Of a stretch of 64,000 bases of DNA, positions 45,819 through 55,169 are shown in pieces; within the stretch, counting starts at the first letter, position 1; each line of letters begins with the position of its first letter. A program made the translations under genes and the position numbers. The notes under the pieces are model-generated. The model had not been told where the DNA came from. It was given only the letters and a program-made list of their open reading frames with translations, and ran no database searches. This stretch comes from a virus. The stretch spans positions 1-64,000 of IMG/VR virus record IMGVR_UViG_3300028131_000005. One strand, written 5' to 3'.

Positions 45819-46435
45819 TGAAGCATTTAAAAGAATTTGCAGCTTTTTCTAAGCAAGGAAAACATTTAGTTGATACTGCAACAGGACTTCCGTTAAAAGC
45901 ACTTTCATTAGATGCAGTAAATGACAACATCACTGTGTTTTTTAATGAGAAGCAGAATATAATGTTTCCAGCTGGAAAGGTACTTGCATATTTTCATGAT
46001 GAAAAATGGTTACCTTTATATGATGAAGGTAAAGCTGGAATTTTGATGTTTAACCCGATGAGAGGAAGTCTTAGTCAATATGGGGCGTCACCTATCACAG
46101 ATATTTGGAAAAAGAGTTATAATAAAAGAATTGAAAATTCAGAAATGATATGGTCTTGTATAGAGGGACAGGTAACTGAAGGATATCTTATTATTGAAAT
46201 GATGAGTACCAGACCAGGTTATAAGAGAAATAGCATTAATAAGAAAATGTTAGATGCCATTAGAAAAGACCATAAAGAGCCACTTGTTTGGGACTCTCCA
46301 ACTGAGGACGGACTTAAATTCATAAAAAGTTATAGTGGAGATGATGCTAAGTTCTGGTTTGCTGGCAAATACGGAAGACCAAAGAACTTTTTAAAATTAT
46401 ACCCTGATGGGGAAGAAAGAGTTATAGAATTTTAA
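45818..46435 (+). CDS. GNAT-like protein with MKHLKEF leader
   Basis: IEMMSTRPGYKRNSINKKML and S.PTEDGLKF resemble GNAT acetyl-CoA-binding motifs. Confidence 0.5.
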   Translation: MKHLKEFAAFSKQGKHLVDTATGLPLKALSLDAVNDNITVFFNEKQNIMFPAGKVLAYFHDEKWLPLYDEGKAGILMFNPMRGSLSQYGASPITDIWKKSYNKRIENSEMIWSCIEGQVTEGYLIIEMMSTRPGYKRNSINKKMLDAIRKDHKEPLVWDSPTEDGLKFIKSYSGDDAKFWFAGKYGRPKNFLKLYPDGEERVIEF

Positions 46436-46464
46436 AAACTCTTGAAAACTTTTTGAAATCTGGA

Positions 46465-46523
46465 TGAAAATAATTCACTCCAGATTTTTTTATGTCGTTT
46501 TTTATTGTTATATTTATACTATA
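46465..46523 (+). promoter_or_regulatory. early-promoter-like element, copy 8
   Basis: TGAAAATAATTCACTCCAGATTTTTTTATGTCGTTTTTTATTGTTATATTTATACTATA; downstream leader nearly identical to copy 3. Confidence 0.8.
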
Positions 46524-46546
46524 ATTAATTAATCAAAACAACAACA

Positions 46547-46861
46547 ATGAAAATGACACAAGAATTTAAAACACAAACATTAGGATTCGCCGGAACTATC
46601 TGTGAAGTACGGAGAGAAAAGTACGCAAACGGTCAAAACTGCCTAAGATTGGTAGATTCAGAAGATGGATTTACTTTTTGCACAGCATCTGTAGCCTTAG
46701 AACATGAGATGGTCAATATCGACGAGAATGATGTTATAATAAAAAACTATAGCGAGAACGAAGGTATTCTTACAGCACTAATAAATGCTGGTATTATTGA
46801 AGAACCACATAGAGCATTTTCATATAATTACGTTACATTATATGTTTGCAAATTAAAATAA
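46547..46861 (+). CDS. conserved phage hypothetical protein (DUF4313-like)
   Basis: Y.NG...L.L...DG..F..ASV.....IKNYSENEG.L.ALI.AGII. Confidence 0.6.
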   Translation: MKMTQEFKTQTLGFAGTICEVRREKYANGQNCLRLVDSEDGFTFCTASVALEHEMVNIDENDVIIKNYSENEGILTALINAGIIEEPHRAFSYNYVTLYVCKLK

Positions 46862-47020
46862 AAATTATGAAACAGTACACTCAATTGTCAATAAATGAAA
46901 AAATACAAATTAAGCAATATGCTATTAATTTATATGGTAAGAGGTGGCATACAGCAGTACCTAATTTTATTAACAGATTAAATGAGTTACAAATTCACAC
47001 AATTTTAAACTAAAAATAAT

Positions 47021-47076
47021 TGAAAATAATTCACTCCAGATTTTTTTATGTCGTTTATAATGATTATATTTATACT
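47021..47076 (+). promoter_or_regulatory. early-promoter-like element, copy 9
   Basis: TGAAAATAATTCACTCCAGATTTTTTTATGTCGTTTATAATGATTATATTTATACT; leader similar to copy 4. Confidence 0.8.
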
Positions 47077-47114
47077 GTAGTTAACAATTAATAATAACCT
47101 TTAAAACACACAAA

Positions 47115-47333
47115 ATGAACCAAACAATTCAACACTTTTTAGACCAAATAAGAAAAGGTCAATATAAAGCAGCAGCTCAAATTTACTTTAATAGAGCGTA
47201 TCAGTACAAAGCAGAATTCGATGAAATCCTAAATAACTGTTTTCTCGATCCTTATTATAACGGCGTAAAAGAAGTTGTTATGTTAGAACTAAGAAATTTA
47301 GAATCTTACGGAGAATATAACGACCAAATATAA
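47115..47333 (+). CDS. hypothetical protein
   Basis: ORF after promoter copy 9. Confidence 0.6.
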   Translation: MNQTIQHFLDQIRKGQYKAAAQIYFNRAYQYKAEFDEILNNCFLDPYYNGVKEVVMLELRNLESYGEYNDQI

Positions 47334-47338
47334 TAGAC

Positions 47339-47554
47339 ATGATCAGAAAGAAACAACCCAACAGAGAAATCATCATAGACCTAACAGGTCCAGATGGAAA
47401 CGCATTCGTACTACTTGGAAAGGCTAGAAGACTGGCTAAGCAACTAGGAATACCACATCAACCAATCGAAGACGATATGATGTCAGGAGATTATGAAAAC
47501 CTTTTAGAGGTATTTGATAAAAACTTCGGATCATTCGTAATTTTAGAAAGATAA
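47339..47554 (+). CDS. conserved small phage protein
   Basis: IDLTGPDGNAF.LLG.A...M.SGDYENLL.VFD..FG. Confidence 0.7.
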   Translation: MIRKKQPNREIIIDLTGPDGNAFVLLGKARRLAKQLGIPHQPIEDDMMSGDYENLLEVFDKNFGSFVILER

Positions 47555-47571
47555 TTTAAAAACAAATAAAA

Positions 47572-47760
47572 ATGATAAAAGAAAGATTAGTATCAGTAGA
47601 AGAGAGACAATCGATTTTAGATCGAATTCAAACGGCATTAGTAGTTGGTAATTATCCGACTTCAGCTAACGACCCTCTTATGAAAGACTTACAAAGGTTG
47701 ATAACAGATGCAACCGAAAAAGTAATTAATAAAAGACTTAATAATTTAAAAATCAAATAA
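47572..47760 (+). CDS. hypothetical protein
   Basis: ORF track. Confidence 0.5.
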   Translation: MIKERLVSVEERQSILDRIQTALVVGNYPTSANDPLMKDLQRLITDATEKVINKRLNNLKIK

Positions 47761-48085
47761 AAACAGAAACCATGAAAAAAGAACAACAATTAGACGACAC
47801 CTCAATTTTTAAGCTTATTAAGGAGCTAGCTAAGAAGTATCCAAATGATGCAGATTTAGGAGGCGCAATACGACTAGCAATTATTAACACAAAACCAATA
47901 TTATGATAACATTCGGAGCATACTTTTTAATGGGTTCATCAATACTTTTAATGGGTATTGCAATAGGTTCCCAAAGAGAAAACACAAAATGTCAGAAAAA
48001 ATTAGGCATGAGCCATAAAGAATGGCAAGATCTGTGGGAAGAAGAAGATTTCACAGAAAGATATCAAAAACTTAATAAGTAAATT

Positions 48086-48328
48086 ATGGAAGACCTCAAA
48101 TTCAAAAACATAGACCTAGCAGAAACGCTAAAAATATTAAAAACCATTTGCATGTATACTACAATAGCAATATTCTCATTATGGGCAATGTACTCGGTAA
48201 TATCATTCGCAGTATGGTTTTTTACAATGATGTTTCTCTATCCAACAATAGCACTGGTTGTTTTGTTAGGAGGATTCTTAGCAATGTTAGGAATTACAAG
48301 AATGATAGAAATTTACAATAACAAATAA
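48086..48328 (+). CDS. small membrane protein
   Basis: Two hydrophobic helices. Confidence 0.55.
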   Translation: MEDLKFKNIDLAETLKILKTICMYTTIAIFSLWAMYSVISFAVWFFTMMFLYPTIALVVLLGGFLAMLGITRMIEIYNNK

Positions 48329-48485
48329 AAACAAAAACAAATGAAAATATTTTTAACTTTAATGGTATTCTGGTGTTTAACAATGACAGGATACTACTAC
48401 ATCACAGAACCAGAAGCAGCAGGCACAATTACATGGTGGGCAATGCTAACCCTATTTAATAATCAAAATCTAATAAAATTACATA

Positions 48486-48998
48486 ATGAAAAAAACGAAA
48501 AATAGATTAGAATACAGAATGTACGGATTGGTACCATATAACATTAGCCCAATTCAACAAGGAATTCAATTCGGCCATGCAGTAGTAGAATATGGTTTAG
48601 AACATGGAAGAACACGTGTAATTAATGATAAAGTTTGTACTTATACTCAATGGGCAAGAAATGATAAGACATTCATTATCCTGAATGGTGGAACAACTAG
48701 TACCAATCCTGAATCTCCAGGTACATTGAATTACGCAGAATCTGAATTATATTCAATGGGTGTTCAATTGTCAACCTTCCATGAACCAGATCTTGGAGAC
48801 CAATTAACTGCCGTAGTCTTTTTAGTAGATGAGCGAGTTTGGAACAAAGAGAAATATCCTGAATGGGATGGAACTCATAGGGGCCAAAAGGTACAAACCG
48901 GTTTGGGCCCAATAGCACATTACAAAAACCTCTTTGGCGAGGATGCAACTTGGGTATTAGAAATGAGAGAATTCCTTTCTAGATTCAAACTAGCCTAA
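48486..48998 (+). CDS. peptidyl-tRNA hydrolase type 2-like protein
   Basis: MY.LV...IS..Q..IQ.GHA..EY...KT.IIL...F.EPDLGDQLTAV matches the phage PTH2-like pattern. Confidence 0.65.
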   Translation: MKKTKNRLEYRMYGLVPYNISPIQQGIQFGHAVVEYGLEHGRTRVINDKVCTYTQWARNDKTFIILNGGTTSTNPESPGTLNYAESELYSMGVQLSTFHEPDLGDQLTAVVFLVDERVWNKEKYPEWDGTHRGQKVQTGLGPIAHYKNLFGEDATWVLEMREFLSRFKLA

Positions 48999-49165
48999 TA
49001 GAAACATTTTAAAAACCGTTAATATAAAATATATGTTTAAAAACAAAAGAATATCAGAAGTGATGCCTCATCTAGAATCAGTTGCTAGAGACCATGGTCT
49101 TAAGTTGAATCTAGTTAGAGATTTTAAAATAGCAAAAAAACTTTTATTAATTAGATATTTGTCTT

Positions 49166-49654
49166 ATGGTAATTTTAAATAGAATAAATCTTTGCCTTAC
49201 TTTTTTATACATTCCACTTTTTCCAATTGGAGAAAACTTTAAATCTTCAATTGTTATTGAAAGAGAAGAGAAGATAGAAGTTGTAAAAGTTGTAGAGGTA
49301 ATAGAAGAAGAATCAAATCTTTTAGAAGCAATGATTCAAGTAGAGAGCAGAGGAAATGAAGCTGCAGTTGGAGATACTCACATGGACGTTCCATCAATTG
49401 GAGTTTTACAAATTAGACCTATTATGGTTAAAGAAGTAAATAGAATTCTTGGAAAAGAAGTATATACTTTAAAAGACCGGGCTAGCAGAGAAAAATCAAT
49501 TGAAATGTTTGAGGTTTGGAAATACCACCACCATAAAAATTCAAGCGATGAAAAAATAGCAAGATGTTGGAATGGAGGGCCCTTAGGATATAAATATTCA
49601 GGGACAGATCATTATTGGGCTAAAGTTCAATCGGAGATGCAAGTTAGTAGGTAG
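49166..49654 (+). CDS. lysozyme-like / lytic transglycosylase with N-terminal anchor
   Basis: AMIQVESRG...A.GD, GVLQI, AR.WNGGP. Confidence 0.8.
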   Translation: MVILNRINLCLTFLYIPLFPIGENFKSSIVIEREEKIEVVKVVEVIEEESNLLEAMIQVESRGNEAAVGDTHMDVPSIGVLQIRPIMVKEVNRILGKEVYTLKDRASREKSIEMFEVWKYHHHKNSSDEKIARCWNGGPLGYKYSGTDHYWAKVQSEMQVSR

Positions 49655-49729
49655 GTCCATGTAACCGGCCAGCATATAAAAACGCCACTAATAAAAAAGA
49701 TATATAATTAATAAAAATAAATTAAGAAA

Positions 49730-51736
49730 ATGAGTAGAGTTTTAACGTCAGAGGCATTTATGTTAGTCAACGGTTTAGATATTCAACATTCAGGAGAATG
49801 GGAAGATTATTTAGAAATGAATGCACAGATAAATGGTTTAACAAGGGAAGAATATGCAGCATACTATTTAAACACACAATGGCAAATGCAGTGTATGGAA
49901 AGTATTGTTACTTTATTTGAAGCTAAAAAAGTTACAAGAAAGCAATTAGATAAGGCTCTTGGCGAAATCACAAGAATTACTCAAGATTTGAAAGCAACCG
50001 TTCTTTTATGGAAAGATGCTAAAGAAAATGGAAATGGTGCTAAAGAAAAAGAACATTTAGATACTTTAAAGAAATTAAATGCTGAGAAGAAAGAAGCAGA
50101 GAAAGAAGTAGAAGGGTTTATTAAAGGACTTGATAAGAATGTAGAATTAGACATGTCAGAATCTGTTAATGAAGGTTTTAGCGCAAAAGAAAAATCTTCG
50201 GTCGAAGCTATTACAGTAGCTGTTGAAAATTGGTTAGGTGATTATGACAACGTTGAAGATTTCAGAGAGTTTGCAACCCATTCTACACATAAAGATTCGA
50301 AAGAAAAGGAAAAGATAATAGCAAAAGCTTTATCTAAACTTCGAATCATGAATTTTGATGATGGTGAAAAAGAGCCACATGAGTATTTGATTAAGAAAAA
50401 ATCTAAAGAATTAACAAAACATATTGCAATGGAGCTTGGTCAAGCTTGGGAATCAAAAGTTAATGAAGGTACTGAAGTTACCAAAGATATGTGGGACAAA
50501 GAATGGCCACTTAAAAAAGTATTTGGAAAAGAATACGAGGCTAATTTCGCAAAAAGAGTAGAAGCAGCAATGTCAAAAGCTAAAGACGAAGAACAAGCTG
50601 AAGAATGGGCTTATAAAAACTTTAAACAACTTCCAAACCCTGCAAAAGGAATGACTATCGAAGAATCTGTATTTAACGAAGCTAAATTTGTGAGCCACTA
50701 TGCGCCTGGAGATGAATTTATGCGAAAAAAAATCAAAAGTATAGAATTGATTGATAAGAGAAAAGAAATTTATACTATAACATACGTAGATGGAGAAACT
50801 CAAAATGTTCAAGCAGGTACAGGAATGCAATTTCACGTAAAACGACTTTTTGATGAATCAATTGTGAATGAGAAAAAAGGAGGCCCATGGCCAGAACAAT
50901 TAGAAAAAGGTTTAACCCACTGGGGTCACAAAAAAGGAAGTCATGTCAGAGAACTTAAAACCCTTCCTTGTAGAATTGGAAGAAATGCAAATGATTATGG
51001 TGGACCTAACCATGCACAAGAACTTGCAGACCTTAATATGAAAGACCCAATGGTTAAGAAATTCTTTAAGCCTAAATTTAAAACTAGAGCAGATGGAAAT
51101 TATGTAAATGACTATGTTGAACTAATTCCTAAAAAGGGTTATTTATATAAATTATTTGTAGGTACTGGAGGATTTGAATATTTCTGTTTAGCGATTAAGC
51201 CAGGAGAGGTTTACATATTTAGAAAATATGACCGAGCATATAACCAATATGAATATTTCCAGCATGAAGAAGGTATGTCAACAAGATCAGGAGTATTTGA
51301 TTTTAAAAGACATAGAGAAGAAGAGCAATGGAAATGGAATAAACAAGAACCAGAAAGCGCTAGTCATATCGTAAAAGTTGGATGGGGAATCATGGATATT
51401 GGTCTAGAGTATACTCAATTAGAACTTCCATTCGAGCATCTAAAAACTTATGAAAGTTTTGTTACTGAAAAAAAAAACCTAACTAGTGAAATTAAAGACG
51501 CATTAGAAAATGGTTTAGTTAATGTTGGAGGAGACAGGGTTAAAGTTTCTGTTACAAATAAAAACCAATATAAAATTTATCCATACGACTCTCTTAGTGA
51601 TGGTGATTGGACAAAAGCAGATTTACGAGATAATTTCAAAGATTTAGTTGACGACCTTAATTTTGCATTTAATGGGAAATACGCATTTTCACCAATTGAT
51701 GTTACTAATAAAGAATGGATAATAGAATTACTCTAA
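49730..51736 (+). CDS. modular polyprotein-like ORF A (668 aa) with repeated ES(x)VNE linkers; candidate internal head protein
   Basis: Linkers ESVNEG (50159), ESKVNEG (50450), ESVFNEA (50663), ESIVNEK (50855), HLKTYESFVTEK (51437); GATATATAA at 49699. Confidence 0.7.
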   Translation: MSRVLTSEAFMLVNGLDIQHSGEWEDYLEMNAQINGLTREEYAAYYLNTQWQMQCMESIVTLFEAKKVTRKQLDKALGEITRITQDLKATVLLWKDAKENGNGAKEKEHLDTLKKLNAEKKEAEKEVEGFIKGLDKNVELDMSESVNEGFSAKEKSSVEAITVAVENWLGDYDNVEDFREFATHSTHKDSKEKEKIIAKALSKLRIMNFDDGEKEPHEYLIKKKSKELTKHIAMELGQAWESKVNEGTEVTKDMWDKEWPLKKVFGKEYEANFAKRVEAAMSKAKDEEQAEEWAYKNFKQLPNPAKGMTIEESVFNEAKFVSHYAPGDEFMRKKIKSIELIDKRKEIYTITYVDGETQNVQAGTGMQFHVKRLFDESIVNEKKGGPWPEQLEKGLTHWGHKKGSHVRELKTLPCRIGRNANDYGGPNHAQELADLNMKDPMVKKFFKPKFKTRADGNYVNDYVELIPKKGYLYKLFVGTGGFEYFCLAIKPGEVYIFRKYDRAYNQYEYFQHEEGMSTRSGVFDFKRHREEEQWKWNKQEPESASHIVKVGWGIMDIGLEYTQLELPFEHLKTYESFVTEKKNLTSEIKDALENGLVNVGGDRVKVSVTNKNQYKIYPYDSLSDGDWTKADLRDNFKDLVDDLNFAFNGKYAFSPIDVTNKEWIIELL

Positions 51737-51795
51737 AATAATCCCATATCAAATCTATCTTAAATATATTTTAGATATATAAAAGAAAAGATAGA

Positions 51796-52179
51796 TTGAT
51801 TATGCCAGACAAATCAAATGCTGAATTAGTAAAAGAATTAATTGATGCCTTTACGGACTTAAAGACTAAAATTGAAGACCCAAATAGAGTTTATTTAGAA
51901 AGTTCTATAAAACAGCTTATCGAAAACCAAAACGATATGAAGGAAGCTATTTCAGGTTTAAAGAAAGAAATCTTAAATCCATATAGTGGGGTTGTTGTAG
52001 AAACAATCAAAAACACAGAATTCAGACAGAAAATGGAAGAAAAGGGAGACCTTGGAATCGATCTATTAACAGAGCACAAAGAACTTATGAAGTGGAAAAG
52101 CCAAATCACAAAGATGGGATGGATGGTTATAACTACTTTATTAGGTATGTTGGCTTTTTTAATAACAGGAAACTTTTAA
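51796..52179 (+). CDS. coiled-coil protein with C-terminal TM (likely ATG start 51802)
   Basis: ORF track; GATATATAA at 51774. Confidence 0.6.
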   Translation: MIMPDKSNAELVKELIDAFTDLKTKIEDPNRVYLESSIKQLIENQNDMKEAISGLKKEILNPYSGVVVETIKNTEFRQKMEEKGDLGIDLLTEHKELMKWKSQITKMGWMVITTLLGMLAFLITGNF

Positions 52180-52180
52180 G

Positions 52181-52684
52181 ATGGTTGCAGATAGAATATC
52201 ATTAATAACAATTTATAGGTCTCTTTTACCGATCGATAGAAATGACGGTAAAATAGAGTCTATTTTGTTGAATAGAAAAAACGACTATGGAACAAAATCA
52301 ATTCCTAAGTTTAATTCATTAGAAGAACTTAAGGAATTTATAGATTCATTTTATCCATACGTACCAGCATCAAATTGTAATTGTCTCACTAGTAATGAGG
52401 GAATATATAATTTAGTAAGTTTTAGTTTTAAAAACAAGGGAGAGCTTGTTTATGTAAACAATCTTCCAAATAGATTTGAAACTGCCAAACCAGATAAAAT
52501 CAATAATATTCATTTTAAAGGTTTAACTAAGATAAAATCTATAAATGTAGAACTTAATAAACTTTACGGAGAATATGTTTGTTTTCCTTACATAGAATAT
52601 GGTTACATTGGATGTGATTATATTGAGATGGTAACAAATGAAAGATACGACGACTTAATAACACTATACAAAAAAATAAAATAA
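52181..52684 (+). CDS. hypothetical protein
   Basis: ORF track. Confidence 0.6.
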   Translation: MVADRISLITIYRSLLPIDRNDGKIESILLNRKNDYGTKSIPKFNSLEELKEFIDSFYPYVPASNCNCLTSNEGIYNLVSFSFKNKGELVYVNNLPNRFETAKPDKINNIHFKGLTKIKSINVELNKLYGEYVCFPYIEYGYIGCDYIEMVTNERYDDLITLYKKIK

Positions 52685-52686
52685 AA

Positions 52687-54117
52687 GTGAGTAAACCTTT
52701 AGACCAATACACAGCACTAGATTCACAAGCCTTTGCAGATAATATTCATAGAGAGGCTGACGGATACTGGAAACCAATTTATCCAAGTGAATTGAATAGA
52801 CCCCTTAAACATGTCGAGGCGGACTATAACTACAAAGTTCTTACAGGAACTTTAGCAAATTATAGAATTTATCCATCTGCATTACCTCCTGGTTCTACAG
52901 GAGTTGCAGTAGAAGATTTTACTGGAGATGACAATAAATTCTTACAATTAAAATATGATGTCACAGAAGGTTGGTATTGGACTGTAGCACCCGCTGCCGG
53001 AGTTTCAACAGATGAAAACGTAAAAATTTCAGCAGCTGATACAACTTCAGGATATTTAGAAGATAAGATTGTTGCTGGAGCAAACGTCAATATTACTAAA
53101 CAAAATACAGGTGCTAATGAAACTATAGAGATATCAGCATATACACCGCCTGCAAGTATAGGAACATTAACAACCAATGGTATTATTTCAGGTCTTATTA
53201 CTAACTTTGCAGTTGGAACAAACCCTGAATTTGTAGATTGGAACGGAACATTAAGTCCGGCTTCAACTAATAATTCTGCTTTGCACATACCTTTCGATAT
53301 GAAAATAACGAAAGTATCTGTTAAGTATCTAGACACTACAGCAGCAAGTGTAGATGCAGCCTTCGATTATCAAATAAGTGTAGGTAAATTAACTTCACCG
53401 GGCGCTTCATCGGATAATGCAAATTATGTAGATTATGCTGGTGGAAATAACGTTTTAAATTTAACTTTTGCAAATACAGATGGAAATCATTTCTTTGAAG
53501 AGTCATCTGCAATTTCTCTTAGTGTAACAGCTGGAGATGTTTTAGTAGTTAGAGGTCATAAAGTCGCTGGTAATAATACAGGTGGAAGTAACGAAGAGGT
53601 AATGGTAACTGTAGAATATGAAAAAGACTACGATTATCTTTTATCTGGAGCAGCTGGACCTACTGGAGCAACAGGAGCAACTGGACCTGCTGGAGCAACA
53701 GGACCTGCTGGACCTGCTGGACCAACTGGACCAACTGGACCAGCCGGTTCTAGTTTAACAGGTACTTATACTTATACTCAAGCAGATTTACTTGCAAACA
53801 ATTTAGTAGATTTACTACCTGCACCTGCAGCAAATGAGTACTATAAATTTGAAATTACATTTGAATATCATTTTGGAACTACACCATATACTATATCCGG
53901 TTTCGGAAATGGAAATTTGTTGGTACCTAGTGCTAGGCTGGAATCTTTTGTTGGTGGAGTCATGTCAAGTGGAAGTGCAGATAAAGTCATAGGATTCGCT
54001 ACAGGTGCAAATAGCTTAGGTTCTGCTTTACAATTTCAATTGAAAACACCCTCTACACTGACTGGAGGAGATGGACAATTGATTATTAAAATATTTTACG
54101 ATATAATTACATTCTAA
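52687..54117 (+). CDS. structural / fibre-like protein with a collagen-like segment
   Basis: Ala/Gly/Thr-rich beta composition; (G-X-Y)12 stretch. Confidence 0.65.
   Translation: MSKPLDQYTALDSQAFADNIHREADGYWKPIYPSELNRPLKHVEADYNYKVLTGTLANYRIYPSALPPGSTGVAVEDFTGDDNKFLQLKYDVTEGWYWTVAPAAGVSTDENVKISAADTTSGYLEDKIVAGANVNITKQNTGANETIEISAYTPPASIGTLTTNGIISGLITNFAVGTNPEFVDWNGTLSPASTNNSALHIPFDMKITKVSVKYLDTTAASVDAAFDYQISVGKLTSPGASSDNANYVDYAGGNNVLNLTFANTDGNHFFEESSAISLSVTAGDVLVVRGHKVAGNNTGGSNEEVMVTVEYEKDYDYLLSGAAGPTGATGATGPAGATGPAGPAGPTGPTGPAGSSLTGTYTYTQADLLANNLVDLLPAPAANEYYKFEITFEYHFGTTPYTISGFGNGNLLVPSARLESFVGGVMSSGSADKVIGFATGANSLGSALQFQLKTPSTLTGGDGQLIIKIFYDIITF
53647..53754 (+). repeat. collagen-like 9-bp tandem repeat, (Gly-X-Y)x12
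   Basis: GGAGCAACA / GGACCTGCT / GGACCAACT units. Confidence 0.9.
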
Positions 54118-54124
54118 ATAAGAG

Positions 54125-54451
54125 ATGGAAGAGTTCAATTTTGACAATTTTGAAGAATATAGTGAGAGCCAAGAAGAACTTTTAGAGAGGTCTATGGAAA
54201 ATGGTTATAAAATTCTTTCAGGAGAGATAACAATCGATGAACTTTTATTTACAACCGGAATTATAGACTTGGTATATTTACCATTTGACTTTTATAAGAT
54301 GCTTTCAATGCAGAAGTTTGAAGAAGTAGTCCAAGAAGAAATGGTAAAATACTTTGAAGATCGAGAAGAATTTGAAAAATGTAAATTTCTATCTAACATG
54401 AAGTATTCAGATTATTCTAAACTTTTTAATGATTTTTATGATAGAATTTAA
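54125..54451 (+). CDS. acidic protein with UVR-like C-terminal motif
   Basis: MVKYFEDREEFEKC..L. Confidence 0.55.
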   Translation: MEEFNFDNFEEYSESQEELLERSMENGYKILSGEITIDELLFTTGIIDLVYLPFDFYKMLSMQKFEEVVQEEMVKYFEDREEFEKCKFLSNMKYSDYSKLFNDFYDRI

Positions 54452-54633
54452 ACAATAATACACATCACAAATATAACAACTATGGATATTAAAAAAATAC
54501 AAGAAAGATTAAGAGTATTAAAAGAAGAAATAACCATGGATTCATATTATGATGGATGGACATTAAAAGGTCTTATAAAGGAATATAATGAAAAGAAAGC
54601 TTTGCTTGAAAACCTTAAAAATAATGAAGAAAC

Positions 54634-55137
54634 ATGAAACGTATCCTACTCCTACTTATTTTAATAACATCATTTATTACAAAATCTCAAACTATTAACT
54701 TTCATCCTAGTTCTTCTCCAGCAGAAATAGTTTTTTTAACTAAAGCAGCCCAAAAATATATTAATGACGATGATGTCACAATTATTTATCAACCATACTC
54801 ACCTTTAAATAGAGCATTTAACGGGGTAACTTATCAATATAATAAGTATCTTTATCAAATATCTTTATCTGTATTTAGAACCGATAATATTCTAAGAACT
54901 TGGGCTTTATTTCACGAAGTAGGTCATATTATTGATTTCCACAAAGGCAGATTAGAACAAATGCCAATCCGATGGAAAGGAGAAGAATATAAAGAATATT
55001 TAGATTGGAAGGATAGGCCATGGGAAAAAAGCGCTGAAAAACACGCTAGAAAATTATGGAAAGATATAATGGGTTTTCCAGCCCCTTTTGAACTTTTAAA
55101 TTCTTCTGAGATAGAATTTAAGTGCGAACATAAATAG
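54634..55137 (+). CDS. secreted zincin-like metallopeptidase
   Basis: Signal peptide MKRILLLLILITSFITKS-Q; LFHEVGH (HExxH) and downstream PWE. Confidence 0.7.
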   Translation: MKRILLLLILITSFITKSQTINFHPSSSPAEIVFLTKAAQKYINDDDVTIIYQPYSPLNRAFNGVTYQYNKYLYQISLSVFRTDNILRTWALFHEVGHIIDFHKGRLEQMPIRWKGEEYKEYLDWKDRPWEKSAEKHARKLWKDIMGFPAPFELLNSSEIEFKCEHK

Positions 55138-55169
55138 GATATATAATATCATAATAAACATACTAATTA

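Noticed and set aside
1145-47076. The ~55 bp repeated element as a CRISPR array, IS end or att site
   Set aside because: Copies are dispersed with whole genes between them, are non-palindromic, all face gene starts, and have no regular spacers, transposase or integrase; promoter geometry explains them.
51752-51797. 10-bp inverted repeat AATCTATCTT...AAGATAGATT flanking a GATATATAA motif
   Set aside because: A single AT-rich occurrence with a long loop; it could be an operator or hairpin, but chance is not excluded.
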